Shown: positions 11,949 to 21,617 of the stretch, in pieces | How positions within the stretch are numbered: position 1 is the stretch's first letter | Layout: every line of letters begins with the position of its first letter | Notes under the pieces: generated by a model | Database searches by the model: none | What the model saw: the letters and a program-made list of their open reading frames with translations, nothing else | What the model was told of the DNA's origin: nothing | Program-made: the position numbers and the translations under genes | DNA from: an uncultured Trueperaceae bacterium | GTDB taxonomy: Bacteria > Deinococcota > Deinococci > Deinococcales > Trueperaceae | Assembly: GCA_963799485.1 (NCBI GenBank) | Contig: CAWCXJ010000005.1 | Coordinates: 96,001 to 160,000 of the forward strand | Length of the DNA: 64,000 nucleotides | Direction of reading: 5' to 3'

Positions 11949-13278
11949 GCTTCCGCGCTACCGACCCGACCACGTCACCCGTCAAATCATAAGCCGTTGC
12001 CCCCGTAATCTTCACCTTGACGATGTCACCGATTTTTACGGTGCCGTCGCTCGTTGCAAAAACGTTGCCGTCAATTCCCGGCGCGTCGGCTTTGCTGCGC
12101 CCCACGAGGTCGCCGGGAAACTCGCCGTAATCGTCTACGATGACCTCGAGCACCCGCCCAACTTTGCCCCGGTTAATATCCAAGCTAATCTCTTGCTGCG
12201 TCGCCATCAGCCGCTCGAACCGCTCCTGCTTGACCTCTTCAGGCACCTGGTCGGGAAAACTGTTCGCCGCTGCGCCCGGAACCTCGCTGTAGGTAAACGC
12301 GCCGACACGCTCGAGCCTCGCTTCCCGTAAAAAGTCCAAAAGCTGCTGGAAGTCGTCCTCGGTCTCACCGGGAAAACCGACGATAAAGGTTGAGCGAATC
12401 GCCAGTTCCGGGCAGATGTCGCGCCACGCTTGGATGGTCTCCAAGTGACTCTTAGCACCACCGGGCCGCCGCATCGCCTTCAGGATTTTCGGACTGGCGT
12501 GCTGCAAGGGTACGTCCAGATAGGGAAGAAGCTTGCCCTCCGCCATCAGTGGAATCAGGTTTTTGACGTGCGGATATGGGTAGACGTAGTGGAGCCGCAC
12601 CCATACGCCCATCTCGGCGAGTTCTGTGACTAGCGGGCCAAGATGCGCCTCGACCTGCCGCCCCTGAAACTCGCTTTTACGGTGCCCGATATCCGAGCCG
12701 TAAGCCGACGAGTCTTGCGCGATGACCACAAGCTCTTTAGTGCCGCTTGCTGCCAGCCGGTACGCTTCGTAAAGGATGTTGCCGGCGTCTCTCAAGTCTT
12801 GCAACCCGCGCATCTGCGGGATGATGCAAAACGCACATTTGTGGTTGCAGCCTTCGGCAATCTTCAGGTACGAATAGTGACGTGGCGTGAGCTTGACGCC
12901 TTGCGGCGGGACGAGGCTGGTAAAAGGGTTGTCGTCACGCGGCAGGGTATGGTGAACCGCCGCCATCACACCGTCTACGTCGGCCTGTCCGGTCACAGCC
13001 AACACGCTCGGGTGACGCGCCATAATCTCGTCCGGACGTTCGCCCAAGCAACCTGTCACGATGACCTTGCCGTTTTGCTCCAAGGCTTCACCGATGGCAC
13101 CCAAAGACTCTTCGACCGCCGGGGTGATAAAGCCGCAGGTGTTGACGACGACCAGCTCGGCCTCGTCGTAACTGGGGACGACGCTGTAGCCCTCGGCGCG
13201 GAGCTGGGTGAGGATGCGTTCGCTATCGACGAGGGCTTTGGGGCAGCCCAGACTTACAAAACCGACTTTGCCAGACAT
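11926..13278 (-). CDS. rimO: Ribosomal protein S12 methylthiotransferase RimO
   Basis: [13 protein letters not shown]-terminus, radical [12 protein letters not shown]-terminal TRAM with DAPGIDG. Confidence 0.96.
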   Translation of the reverse strand: MSGKVGFVSLGCPKALVDSERILTQLRAEGYSVVPSYDEAELVVVNTCGFITPAVEESLGAIGEALEQNGKVIVTGCLGERPDEIMARHPSVLAVTGQADVDGVMAAVHHTLPRDDNPFTSLVPPQGVKLTPRHYSYLKIAEGCNHKCAFCIIPQMRGLQDLRDAGNILYEAYRLAASGTKELVVIAQDSSAYGSDIGHRKSEFQGRQVEAHLGPLVTELAEMGVWVRLHYVYPYPHVKNLIPLMAEGKLLPYLDVPLQHASPKILKAMRRPGGAKSHLETIQAWRDICPELAIRSTFIVGFPGETEDDFQQLLDFLREARLERVGAFTYSEVPGAAANSFPDQVPEEVKQERFERLMATQQEISLDINRGKVGRVLEVIVDDYGEFPGDLVGRSKADAPGIDGNVFATSDGTVKIGDIVKVKITGATAYDLTGDVVGSVARKPNVLSMV

Positions 13279-13362
13279 TTAAGACTCCAAGCGGGTTAAT
13301 CAATCGATTAACACAACTTCTTACTATATCGTGGAGTATCACTTAATGCGTTTTGTATAATA

Positions 13363-14289
13363 GACCTCCGGCGAAAGAAGCTTAAAGATGGCAGACTGTA
13401 AGAATGTGAGAGCAAACCGTGCGAAGTCTAGCATTGGTAAGACCGGCAATGAGGTTAAAGCGTAGGGCAAAGCGTTTGCGTCTATTACGACAGGTCTAAG
13501 GATGCACCAGATTTTGAACGAGCGAATCACGTGTTCAACAGTGATACGAAAGCGACCAAGCGCTTGGTTGTGAGCTTTTTGTTCAGCGCCCAGTTCTTCG
13601 CCTCTGGGCTTTTTGAAAGGCGAGCAGCTTTGCGGGTGTCTAGTGGCAAGCCCTTGATAGCCGCTATCGGCGACGTCTCCCGCCTTTGGCGGAAGCCTAC
13701 GGAACCAGCTCTCAGGTTGGCACCTTGGCGCGGTGTCTTTGAACAGGGCATAATCGTGCTTCGGCCCTTTGGCATGAGCCACAGAGAGGATTTTGTAGCT
13801 GCTCGCGTCAACGAGTACTTGACTCTTTAGCGTGTGGCACCGCTTTTTTCCGCTGTAGTAATGTCGTTGCTTCTTTGGACCGTTCAATGGGTGTTTCAGT
13901 TACATCCACGAGTACCACCGTCCACTCGGTCTCGGTGACTTCACGCCGCTTGGGTAAGCTGAACTTGTCGGATTTGATCAGCACGTCCTCGACGTGGATG
14001 ATGCGGTTCGCGGTTGGCTCGTGGACGCCGTAGCTCGCCGCTATACGAAACTGTGTCCGATATTCTCGCCGGTACGACATTGCCAACCATAGCTTGTCGT
14101 CTGGGCAAGGTTTGCTTGTGCGCCCCGCTTTCTTGTTGCGCTCTGCCTCACGCAAAACCGCCACTATCTCAGCAAACACTTGCGGTCTCACGCCTGTCAA
14201 CCGTTTGAACGCCTCCGGCTTCAGCCCTTTAACCTCTTCATATCGCATATTCTACTTTCAACCTTATGAACCTACTTTCGCACGAGGTC
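13363..14289 (-). mobile_element. Degenerate IS5-family (ISL2-like, DDE_Tnp_4) insertion sequence
   Basis: Terminal IRs GACCTCCGGCGAAAG / CTTTCGCACGAGGTC flanked by TA on both sides; transposase fragments FKRLTGV, VDVTETPIER, YYSGKK, ADSGYQG, RITVEHVIR spread over several frames. Confidence 0.9.
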
Positions 14290-14358
14290 TAACTTCTGTT
14301 AGCTCATAGCGATGAACTCACCTAAAGCCACCTACGTCCAAAGGGTATACTGTCCTGC

Positions 14359-15141
14359 GTGCAACTTGTCGCCCTCATCACTCCCGACCACGCGCTCCGC
14401 AACGCTTTAGCGCAGTTTCGTAAACCCGCCCTCGGGGTACTTATGCATCCCGTCACACCGACTGAATTCAGCGCTGTCGCCGGGAGCCTGGCACCGCTCG
14501 AGTTTCGCGGCGCACTCGTTTTAGACGAACACTTTCATGAGGCCGCCTTCCGGGTCGCGCAGCGCTCGTCGCTCGTTGCGCAGGAGACCGGCACCGCCGA
14601 CGCGCTGACCGTTTCCTACGGCGGACTCATCGCCGAATACACGCTCGGGCGGGCTGTGGTAACGGCCTTGCAGAGTAAAGGGTGGGACGCGCGCGGAGCG
14701 CGGGCGGTGGTGGTGGGTTCAGGGCCACTCGCGCGGGCGGTGTGCCGTGAGGTCTCGTCGTTGGGCGCAGCGCATATTACCCTCCTGGCGAGCGACAGCC
14801 CGACCGCCGAACGTACTCTCGGCTCACTTGCAGCAAGCACCGAATGTAGCGCCCGGTCGTACCGCGACCCGCTCATTCCAAGTTACCTGATGCGGGCTGA
14901 CCTGCTCATCCGGCTCGACCCGGCTTTCGACGTGCCGAGCGCCTCGGTCGGGCCGCACCTGAGCGTCGTCGATCTCGCTGCCGAACCGCTCAGTGGGCTT
15001 CGGCAGCAAGCGGCGAGCGTCGGGGCAACTGCAATCGGGCCGCGCGACGTGCAAGCGCAGCAGCTAGCGCTCGGGCTAGAGAATATCCTCGGGGCGCGGG
15101 TCAATGCCGGTGATTTTCTCGGGGTGCTTCATTCGCTTTAG
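14359..15141 (+). CDS. Shikimate dehydrogenase-like Rossmann-fold protein with degenerate catalytic motifs
   Basis: RAVVVGSGPLARAV nucleotide-binding motif and AroE-like layout; TxPxK and NTD motifs not recognisable. Confidence 0.6.
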   Translation: MQLVALITPDHALRNALAQFRKPALGVLMHPVTPTEFSAVAGSLAPLEFRGALVLDEHFHEAAFRVAQRSSLVAQETGTADALTVSYGGLIAEYTLGRAVVTALQSKGWDARGARAVVVGSGPLARAVCREVSSLGAAHITLLASDSPTAERTLGSLAASTECSARSYRDPLIPSYLMRADLLIRLDPAFDVPSASVGPHLSVVDLAAEPLSGLRQQAASVGATAIGPRDVQAQQLALGLENILGARVNAGDFLGVLHSL

Positions 15142-16819
15142 TCGGCTCTCGATCCTCTTGCTTGGGGTGCTGCTCGCGTCGCCGGCGCTGGCAGGGCCGT
15201 ATTATGCGCTGCCGGGAGCGCAGCCGCTGACGAGCGCTGAACCGGCGTTCAGCTATGGGGGCGAACGCTACACCTACGCTGCCGGCTTAGGCTGGTTGGG
15301 GCTTGCTCCCGGTTTAAGTGCGCCGCGCCTGGATGCAAGCCGGGTATACGTTCGAGAAGACGTGCTGGAAGCACTCGGCGTATCGTTACCCCGGCTGACG
15401 GGGGTGCGCTCGAGTGGTGGCGGTACGGTGCGCGTGGTGTTTGATTTTGCCGGTCTGGACGCTGCTGCTCTGGAACCGTCCAAACAAACCGGGACAGCGA
15501 CGCCCGAACGCCCGCTAACGGTGCGGCTTCCGCCGCTGCTTCTGCCGGAGACGCTTCCGGGAAGGCTTGAGAACCTCACCTTCGGCTGGTCTCAGGCGAG
15601 TAGTACGGTGCTGCGCCTTACCGGGCCGGAAGCTTCGGGGTCGCTGCGTTTCGACGTGTTTCCGCTTTCTAATCCGACACGCCTGGTGGTCGACCTAAAA
15701 GCAGACCCTACCGTTCAGCTTACGGGAGGTGAGTCGAATGACGCAGCGCTCGACCTCCGAGAGCGGCTACTGAACCGACTTTCGGGAACTCGGACGGGTG
15801 AGCGCGACCTCGGCGGCGGCGCGACGCTGCGCTCATTTAGCATTCCTACGCTCGCCGGACAAAGCCAGGTCGACCTCGTAGAGATCGCGCCGGGTCGGGG
15901 ATTGTTTGCCGTCCGCGGGGGTTCGGCGGCGCTGCAAACACCCTCTGAACTGACCGGGGGCGCGCTTGTCGGACTCAACGCCTCGTACTTCGACCCGGCG
16001 AGTGGGCGGAGCATCGGGCTACTCAAACATCGCGGCGTGGTGGAATCCCTGCCGAGCCGGAACCGGGCGGCTGTGGGTTTCGGTTTCGGATATCCGTTTG
16101 TCGGTCGCCCCGAAAGCGAGCTGAGCGTCACGGTCAACGGCGCAGCGCGGACGCAGCTCAGCTTGGAAGATGAACGCATCACGCTCTATACGGCCTCCGG
16201 TACAGGCGCAGGTACGGCGGTGGGAAGTCCGCGTCAGGGAGCTATCGTGGTTTCAGCGACGGGGCGGGTACTCGAGAACAAGGTCGGGCCGCGCCGTGTG
16301 CCGACGGGCGGCTTCGTCCTCACGTATTTGCCAGAGGTGCGTCCACTCGCACTCGTCAATGCAGGGGACACGCTGAGGTACGGGCTCGAGACCACCCCAA
16401 GCATCTGGCGTTTTGTTCCCGAAGCGGTCGAGGCGGGGCCGCTGCTCGTGGCAGGGGGCCGAAGCGCCTTTAGACCCGCCTTGGAAGCGTTCGATACTCT
16501 AGACCGGGAGAGCAACATCAACCGCCGCACGACCCGCGCCGCGCTCGGCGTCCGCGAGGACGGCACGGTTTTGCTGCTCGTGGCAACCAACCTGAGTGCC
16601 GGGGAACTCGTGCCGCTATTCTTGGACCTCCGCGCCGAGAGCGCCCTGCAACTCGATTCAGGCGGGAGCAGCACGCTTGTGGTGGGCGGCGAGGTCGTCA
16701 ACCGTCCGGCGGGGTTGCAGCGCAAGGTCGCGACGGTGATTACCTACACACCGGCCTACCAAACGGGTTTATCTAAAGATCAGCCCCGACAGCGTGCGGC
16801 GTCTAGGCGTGTGCACTAG
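15104..16819 (+). CDS. Secreted phosphodiester glycosidase (NAGPA-like) family protein with AMIN-like N-terminal segments
   Basis: Signal peptide ending ALA; VRVVFD and PTRLVVDL; LNASYF, EAGPLL, RAALG, LDSGGSSTL. Confidence 0.82.
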   Translation: MPVIFSGCFIRFSRLSILLLGVLLASPALAGPYYALPGAQPLTSAEPAFSYGGERYTYAAGLGWLGLAPGLSAPRLDASRVYVREDVLEALGVSLPRLTGVRSSGGGTVRVVFDFAGLDAAALEPSKQTGTATPERPLTVRLPPLLLPETLPGRLENLTFGWSQASSTVLRLTGPEASGSLRFDVFPLSNPTRLVVDLKADPTVQLTGGESNDAALDLRERLLNRLSGTRTGERDLGGGATLRSFSIPTLAGQSQVDLVEIAPGRGLFAVRGGSAALQTPSELTGGALVGLNASYFDPASGRSIGLLKHRGVVESLPSRNRAAVGFGFGYPFVGRPESELSVTVNGAARTQLSLEDERITLYTASGTGAGTAVGSPRQGAIVVSATGRVLENKVGPRRVPTGGFVLTYLPEVRPLALVNAGDTLRYGLETTPSIWRFVPEAVEAGPLLVAGGRSAFRPALEAFDTLDRESNINRRTTRAALGVREDGTVLLLVATNLSAGELVPLFLDLRAESALQLDSGGSSTLVVGGEVVNRPAGLQRKVATVITYTPAYQTGLSKDQPRQRAASRRVH

Positions 16820-17014
16820 ACTCGAGAAGGTGAACGTAGCGAATTGTACAGGTGCCGGGCGCGCGTCAGGTTGGAAAACTGTGACCGTGCAAGCAGACAG
16901 GGACGCCACCAACAACTCCGGGGTGGACGGTGCCGGAGCCGAAACAAGTGAGAACGTTTCTCTGCGTCCCGGCTTGGTCGGCGGCAGCGTCGGCTCGAGG
17001 CGCGCCGTAACCTT

Positions 17015-17605
17015 ATGACGTTATTTGCCGAGGTCACGCAAAAGCTGCGGCAGGGTGAACTGCTGCAGAGCTTTGCCGCTATTTTAGTAATCCTTATATT
17101 GGCACTTGCGTTCAGCTGGCCGGGAGCCGGTGCGCCGAACGACGCGTGGTACGGCGTCGCGCAGGTGCGGAGCGTGCTGTTTATGCTCTTTGCCGCCGGG
17201 TTCGGGGCGTTTGCGGGTGCGGCGCGTAGGGGCGGCCTCGAGACCCTCGTGGCGTGGTGGCTCTTGGTGCTGCTGGGCCTGCCTCTTGAAGCGTTCGCCT
17301 ACGCCGCCTCGTACCCGGACGTGCCGGTATGGTGGTTTGTGGCGCAACCGCTGCTCGACGTCGGCGCGTATTTCGGCTTCGGCCTGATGCTCGGACGACC
17401 TCTCCGGCGACTTCCCGCTCTGTTGCCCCTCGTTCCGCTTTTCGTTTTCGCCGGGTTGTTCGGCCTCAGTACGACCTTCGCGTTGCCGCTGCTCAATCCT
17501 CTGGCGACCGCCCAGCTCTCCTGGGTTCACCTCGTTACGACCGCCCTCTTAAGCGCGGCGACGCTTGTATTTTGCAGCCGGAGTAGACTAAGGGATGCAG
17601 ATTAG
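17015..17605 (+). CDS. Multi-pass membrane protein, unknown function
   Basis: About 6 hydrophobic segments; overlaps the next ORF. Confidence 0.7.
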   Translation: MTLFAEVTQKLRQGELLQSFAAILVILILALAFSWPGAGAPNDAWYGVAQVRSVLFMLFAAGFGAFAGAARRGGLETLVAWWLLVLLGLPLEAFAYAASYPDVPVWWFVAQPLLDVGAYFGFGLMLGRPLRRLPALLPLVPLFVFAGLFGLSTTFALPLLNPLATAQLSWVHLVTTALLSAATLVFCSRSRLRDAD

Positions 17606-19109
17606 AGCATCTCAGCGGCGGGCAGCGGCCCGCGTGACGCGCCCGCACACGGTTTTAGCACACCGTTGGGCGCTCCAGCGGCGTCTTTTAACGGGCGGCG
17701 CGCTTGCACTCGCCGTATCGGTCTTGGCGTGGCTTTTCGGATTTTCGTTACCCTTTCATCTGGGACTTGTTGCAGTCGGTTTTACGTTCGGGTTTTTTTG
17801 GCGCTTTGCGCGTGTGAGCCGCCGCGCCGAAAGCTGGGCGTTCTCGTGGATCGAGGCGCGCGCGGGCCTGTCGTATCTGACTGCACACGAACTTTCCGGC
17901 GCTGACGCTGCTGATGCGGACGGTTTCGCTGCAGCGGTGCGGACACGGGCCGCGCAGGTCGGCAGGCTCGAGACCCCCTCGCTGCAACCGTGGGCGCTCC
18001 CGCTCATCGTCTTGGCGCTCGCCCTCGCCGCCATTCCTCACCTCGTCTTGCCCACGCTGCGGGCACCCTTCGCCCCGCTGACCGAACGGCTGCCGGGAGC
18101 CTTGCCCGAACCTTCGGTATTCGAGACGCCCGCGCCGGACGCGAGTACACCTGACCCCGAACCGGAGGTCGCTTCGCCCGAGCAGGCTGCTACCCCGGAG
18201 ACAGGTACCGTACCCGAAACAGGCACGGCGACCCCCACAGAAGACGCTTTGGCAAACGATCCCAACGCGGGTAATCCAGGTGTCGGGAGGAGTTTCGACG
18301 ACGCGGGTACTGTGCCCGAAGGGGGCAGCGCTGAGGGCGAAAGGGCAGCTTTAGACCGCTTTCTCGAGCAAAACGGAGCTTCACAAGCCACGCCTCGGCC
18401 TGCCGAGGCCGACGCGGAGGCAGGGGGCACGAATGAACCCGGTGAAACCGGCTCACCGCAAGAATCCCAGGCAGGGCAAAACACCCCGAACGCGACCGCC
18501 GACGATCAAGGTGCGGGGGCTGAAAGCAAAGCCGGCGCAGGCAGCCCCGCCGGACAGGAAACGGCGCAGAACCCGAACACCGGACAAGCAGGCGGCTCCG
18601 GGCAGGAGTCTCAAACCGAAGCGCCCGGCAGCGAAGGTGACGACACCGGGCAGGCGGGTTCCGAACCAAACGCCCCGCAAGCCGACCCGGGCAGCGAGGA
18701 GCAGCGCGCCCAGTCGGCGCTCGAGCAAACGGGCCGTCAGGACGACCCGGCGGCGCGCGCAGGCGGGTCGGCAGGCCAGCGCGTCGCCGCACCGAATGAT
18801 GGCGCCGAAATGCCCGAAGACCCTCAGGGCCCCAGCAGTGAACGTGCCGGGACGAGCCCCGGGAGTGACGTCGAGAGCAGCCGCGAGCGGTTGGGCAGGG
18901 CGTCGCAGAGCGCGCCCCAGCAGCTTTCCGGCGCACGCGGCGACGGCCCGATCAACTTTGCCGGCGAAGCCTTGCGGCAAGGCGACGCACCCGACACGCT
19001 GCCGCAAACCGGCGACGCTGCAAGCTACCGGCGAGCCGCCGAAGAGGTCATCCGTGAAGGGCGAATACCCCTGGAGTATCAAGAGGTCATCCGCGACTAT
19101 TTCCGCTAG
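17595..19109 (+). CDS. Membrane-anchored protein with long acidic low-complexity linker and conserved-looking C-terminal helix
   Basis: N-terminal TM helices, about 300 aa rich in G/P/E/Q/A/T, C-terminal IPLEYQEVIRDYFR. Confidence 0.75.
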   Translation: MQIRASQRRAAARVTRPHTVLAHRWALQRRLLTGGALALAVSVLAWLFGFSLPFHLGLVAVGFTFGFFWRFARVSRRAESWAFSWIEARAGLSYLTAHELSGADAADADGFAAAVRTRAAQVGRLETPSLQPWALPLIVLALALAAIPHLVLPTLRAPFAPLTERLPGALPEPSVFETPAPDASTPDPEPEVASPEQAATPETGTVPETGTATPTEDALANDPNAGNPGVGRSFDDAGTVPEGGSAEGERAALDRFLEQNGASQATPRPAEADAEAGGTNEPGETGSPQESQAGQNTPNATADDQGAGAESKAGAGSPAGQETAQNPNTGQAGGSGQESQTEAPGSEGDDTGQAGSEPNAPQADPGSEEQRAQSALEQTGRQDDPAARAGGSAGQRVAAPNDGAEMPEDPQGPSSERAGTSPGSDVESSRERLGRASQSAPQQLSGARGDGPINFAGEALRQGDAPDTLPQTGDAASYRRAAEEVIREGRIPLEYQEVIRDYFR

Positions 19110-19243
19110 CACGGCGTGAGGTTTCGGCTTTTTGGGTGTCGACTTGCGCCTGTGTCCCGTAAGCTCTCACAGTACAAGGGCCGGGTTTTGCAGCGAAGGT
19201 GTCTTGCAGTTGGCTGGACGGGCAAAGAGACTGAGCACTGCCA

Positions 19244-19383
19244 AGCCTCGAGCCCGGTGGCAGTATCTTCGGCGACGGCAGCGCCATTATGATGCACACC
19301 GAGGGCGACGATTACAGCACCGACCCTTCAAGAGCGGCGACCGGCTCGCGTGCGGCGTTATCAAACAGGCGAGCGGCAACTAG
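19244..19383 (+). pseudogene. sodC: C-terminal remnant of a Cu/Zn superoxide dismutase
   Basis: DGSAIMMHTEGDDYSTDPS, then after a frameshift KSGDRLACGVIK*; no N-terminal half. Confidence 0.8.
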
Positions 19384-19487
19384 CTCGGGTCGGCCCGTAA
19401 AAAACGGGGCAAAGATTTACGGCGTTTTACGGCGCGTTGAAACTACAAAACCGACTGCAAAGCGCCGTAAAAGCGGGACTCTCGCGG

Positions 19488-21617
19488 CTAGCTCGAGAGT
19501 CCTTCTAATACCTCGAGCCGTCCGAGTTCCCTCAAAGACCCGCTGACCTCATCTAGTAGCGCCAGCCGGTTGCGGCGCACGGCGTTGTCGTCTACCATCA
19601 CCAGCACGTTGTCTAAAAAGGCGTCGAGCGGCGCTTTGAGCGCCAAGATGTCGGGCAGACCGGGCAGCGCCGTCAGCTCACGCGCGGGGCCAACGCCCAA
19701 ATCCCACGGCGTCAGCTCTTGCCGCACTGCCGCTAAAAGCTCCTCCAAGGCACCCTTGGCTTCTGGAATCGCGTCGTAAAGGGGCTGCTCGAAGGGGCTC
19801 GAGAAACGCTTGGGGTTGATTTCGGTTTCGCCGCCCAACTGCTTGGCGAGGTTGGCGGCGCGTTTGTAGAGCTGCAGCAGGCTTTCAAACTCCGCTTCCC
19901 GGCTGAGCGTTTCAAGCAGGTGGGCGCGCCTGCTCGCGGTGATGACCGGGGGCGCGTCGGCGGTCACGGCCCGGACGAGCGCCTGTGGGACACCCTCTTG
20001 CTCGAGCAGTCCGGCAACTCTGTCCCAGACGAAAGCCGTGACGTTGGCGACCGTTTCCTCCGTTACGGCGGGCGTGTCGCCTTCGTAAGCGGTCGCGGCG
20101 GCGCTTACGATACTGCTTAAACCGACGCGCCACCCCTGCGCGTTCAGGATGCGGGCGACGGCAACGGCGTCACGGCGCAGCCCGAACGGGTCGGCTGAAC
20201 CCGAAGGCCTTTGACCGAGCGCAAAAAAACCGAGCAGTTTGTCCAGACGGTCGGCGAGTGAGAGCACCGCCCCTACCGCCGAACCGGGCAACGGGCCACC
20301 GGAGTTTACGGGCCGGACGCCGGACTCGAGCGCCTCGGCGACCTCTTGGGCTTGCCCTTCAGCGAGCGCGTAGGCACGTCCGATGACGCCCTCTAACTCC
20401 GGCAACTCGTCAACCATCTGCGTGGCGAGGTCGGCTTTGTAGATCGGCAGCGCCCCGCTCAGCGTCTCTTTTTCGGGGCTGCTCAGCGCCAGCAGGTCGG
20501 CCAGCGCGAGCGCGGCGGTGTGCGTCCGGGCTACCTTGTCGGCCATCGTCCCCAAACCTTTGTGAAAGCCGACGCCGGAGAGCGCCCAGGCGTGTTGCGA
20601 CAACGAGCGGCTGCGGTCGGCGTCCCAAAAAAACTGCGCGTCGGAGAGTCGCGGGTTGAGCGCCCCTTCGTAGCCGCGCCGGACGAGTGCCCGGTCAGGC
20701 ACGTCGTTGTTCGACACCCCGACGAAGTACGGGGCTAACGTCCCGCCCTCCCGGCGCGTCGGAAAAAAGCGCTGATGGTGAATCATGGTGGTCGCCAAGA
20801 CCTCTTCGGGCAGCGACAGGTAGCGCTCGTCGAAGTGACCCAGGACGGCAAAGGGAGCCTCGAGCAAATCCGCCACCTCGCCCAGCAGACCCGGTTCGTT
20901 TAGCAGCGTCAAGCCTTCCGCCCCGGCAGCCGCTTCCGCGGCGCGTAAGGTGGCGGCGCGGCGTTCGTCTTGGTCGGCAATCACCGACGCTCGCCGTAAA
21001 ACCGTTTCGTAATCCGAGGCTTGGGGTAGCTGGGGTGCTCCCTCACTCAAGAAGCGGTGTCCGCGCGTGATGCGGCTCGAGCTGACGCCCGCCACCGAAA
21101 CCGGGATTATGGCGTCGTCTAGCAGCGCGACCAGCCACGCCACCGGGCGCAAAAAGGGCGTCTCGACCTCGCCCCAGCGCATTTTACGCGGCGCGGGCAA
21201 ATCGCGCACGAGCGCTTCCAAGAGGGCCGGGAGCAGCTCAGCCGCGTTCTCGCCGCCGAGCTGTTTACGGACGAAGACGTAGGTTCCCTTGTCGGTTTCC
21301 TGAGTGAACAGTTCGGACGGGTCAACGCCGTTCGCCTTGGCAAAGCCTTCGGCGGCGCGGGTCGGTTTGCCGTCCGCGCCGAACGCGGCGCTCACCGCCG
21401 GGCCGCGCTTCAACTCTTCACGCGCTGTGCTCTGCTCCGAAAGCCCTTCGACCAAGACCGCCAGACGGCGCGGTGTGCCGAAGCTGCGGATTGCGTCAAA
21501 CGTCAACCCTGCCGCTTTGAGCCGTTCACCTGCAAGCCGTGCCAGTCCGGTTCGCCCCGGCGACACGTACCAGCTCGGCAGCTCTTCGGTGCCGATTTCA
21601 AACAGCAAGGTCGCCAT
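19488..21617 (-). CDS. glyS: Glycine--tRNA ligase beta subunit
   Basis: LLFEIGTEELP, TPRRLA, PSGSADPFGLRR, VRRNRLALL. Confidence 0.96.
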   Translation of the reverse strand: MATLLFEIGTEELPSWYVSPGRTGLARLAGERLKAAGLTFDAIRSFGTPRRLAVLVEGLSEQSTAREELKRGPAVSAAFGADGKPTRAAEGFAKANGVDPSELFTQETDKGTYVFVRKQLGGENAAELLPALLEALVRDLPAPRKMRWGEVETPFLRPVAWLVALLDDAIIPVSVAGVSSSRITRGHRFLSEGAPQLPQASDYETVLRRASVIADQDERRAATLRAAEAAAGAEGLTLLNEPGLLGEVADLLEAPFAVLGHFDERYLSLPEEVLATTMIHHQRFFPTRREGGTLAPYFVGVSNNDVPDRALVRRGYEGALNPRLSDAQFFWDADRSRSLSQHAWALSGVGFHKGLGTMADKVARTHTAALALADLLALSSPEKETLSGALPIYKADLATQMVDELPELEGVIGRAYALAEGQAQEVAEALESGVRPVNSGGPLPGSAVGAVLSLADRLDKLLGFFALGQRPSGSADPFGLRRDAVAVARILNAQGWRVGLSSIVSAAATAYEGDTPAVTEETVANVTAFVWDRVAGLLEQEGVPQALVRAVTADAPPVITASRRAHLLETLSREAEFESLLQLYKRAANLAKQLGGETEINPKRFSSPFEQPLYDAIPEAKGALEELLAAVRQELTPWDLGVGPARELTALPGLPDILALKAPLDAFLDNVLVMVDDNAVRRNRLALLDEVSGSLRELGRLEVLEGLSS

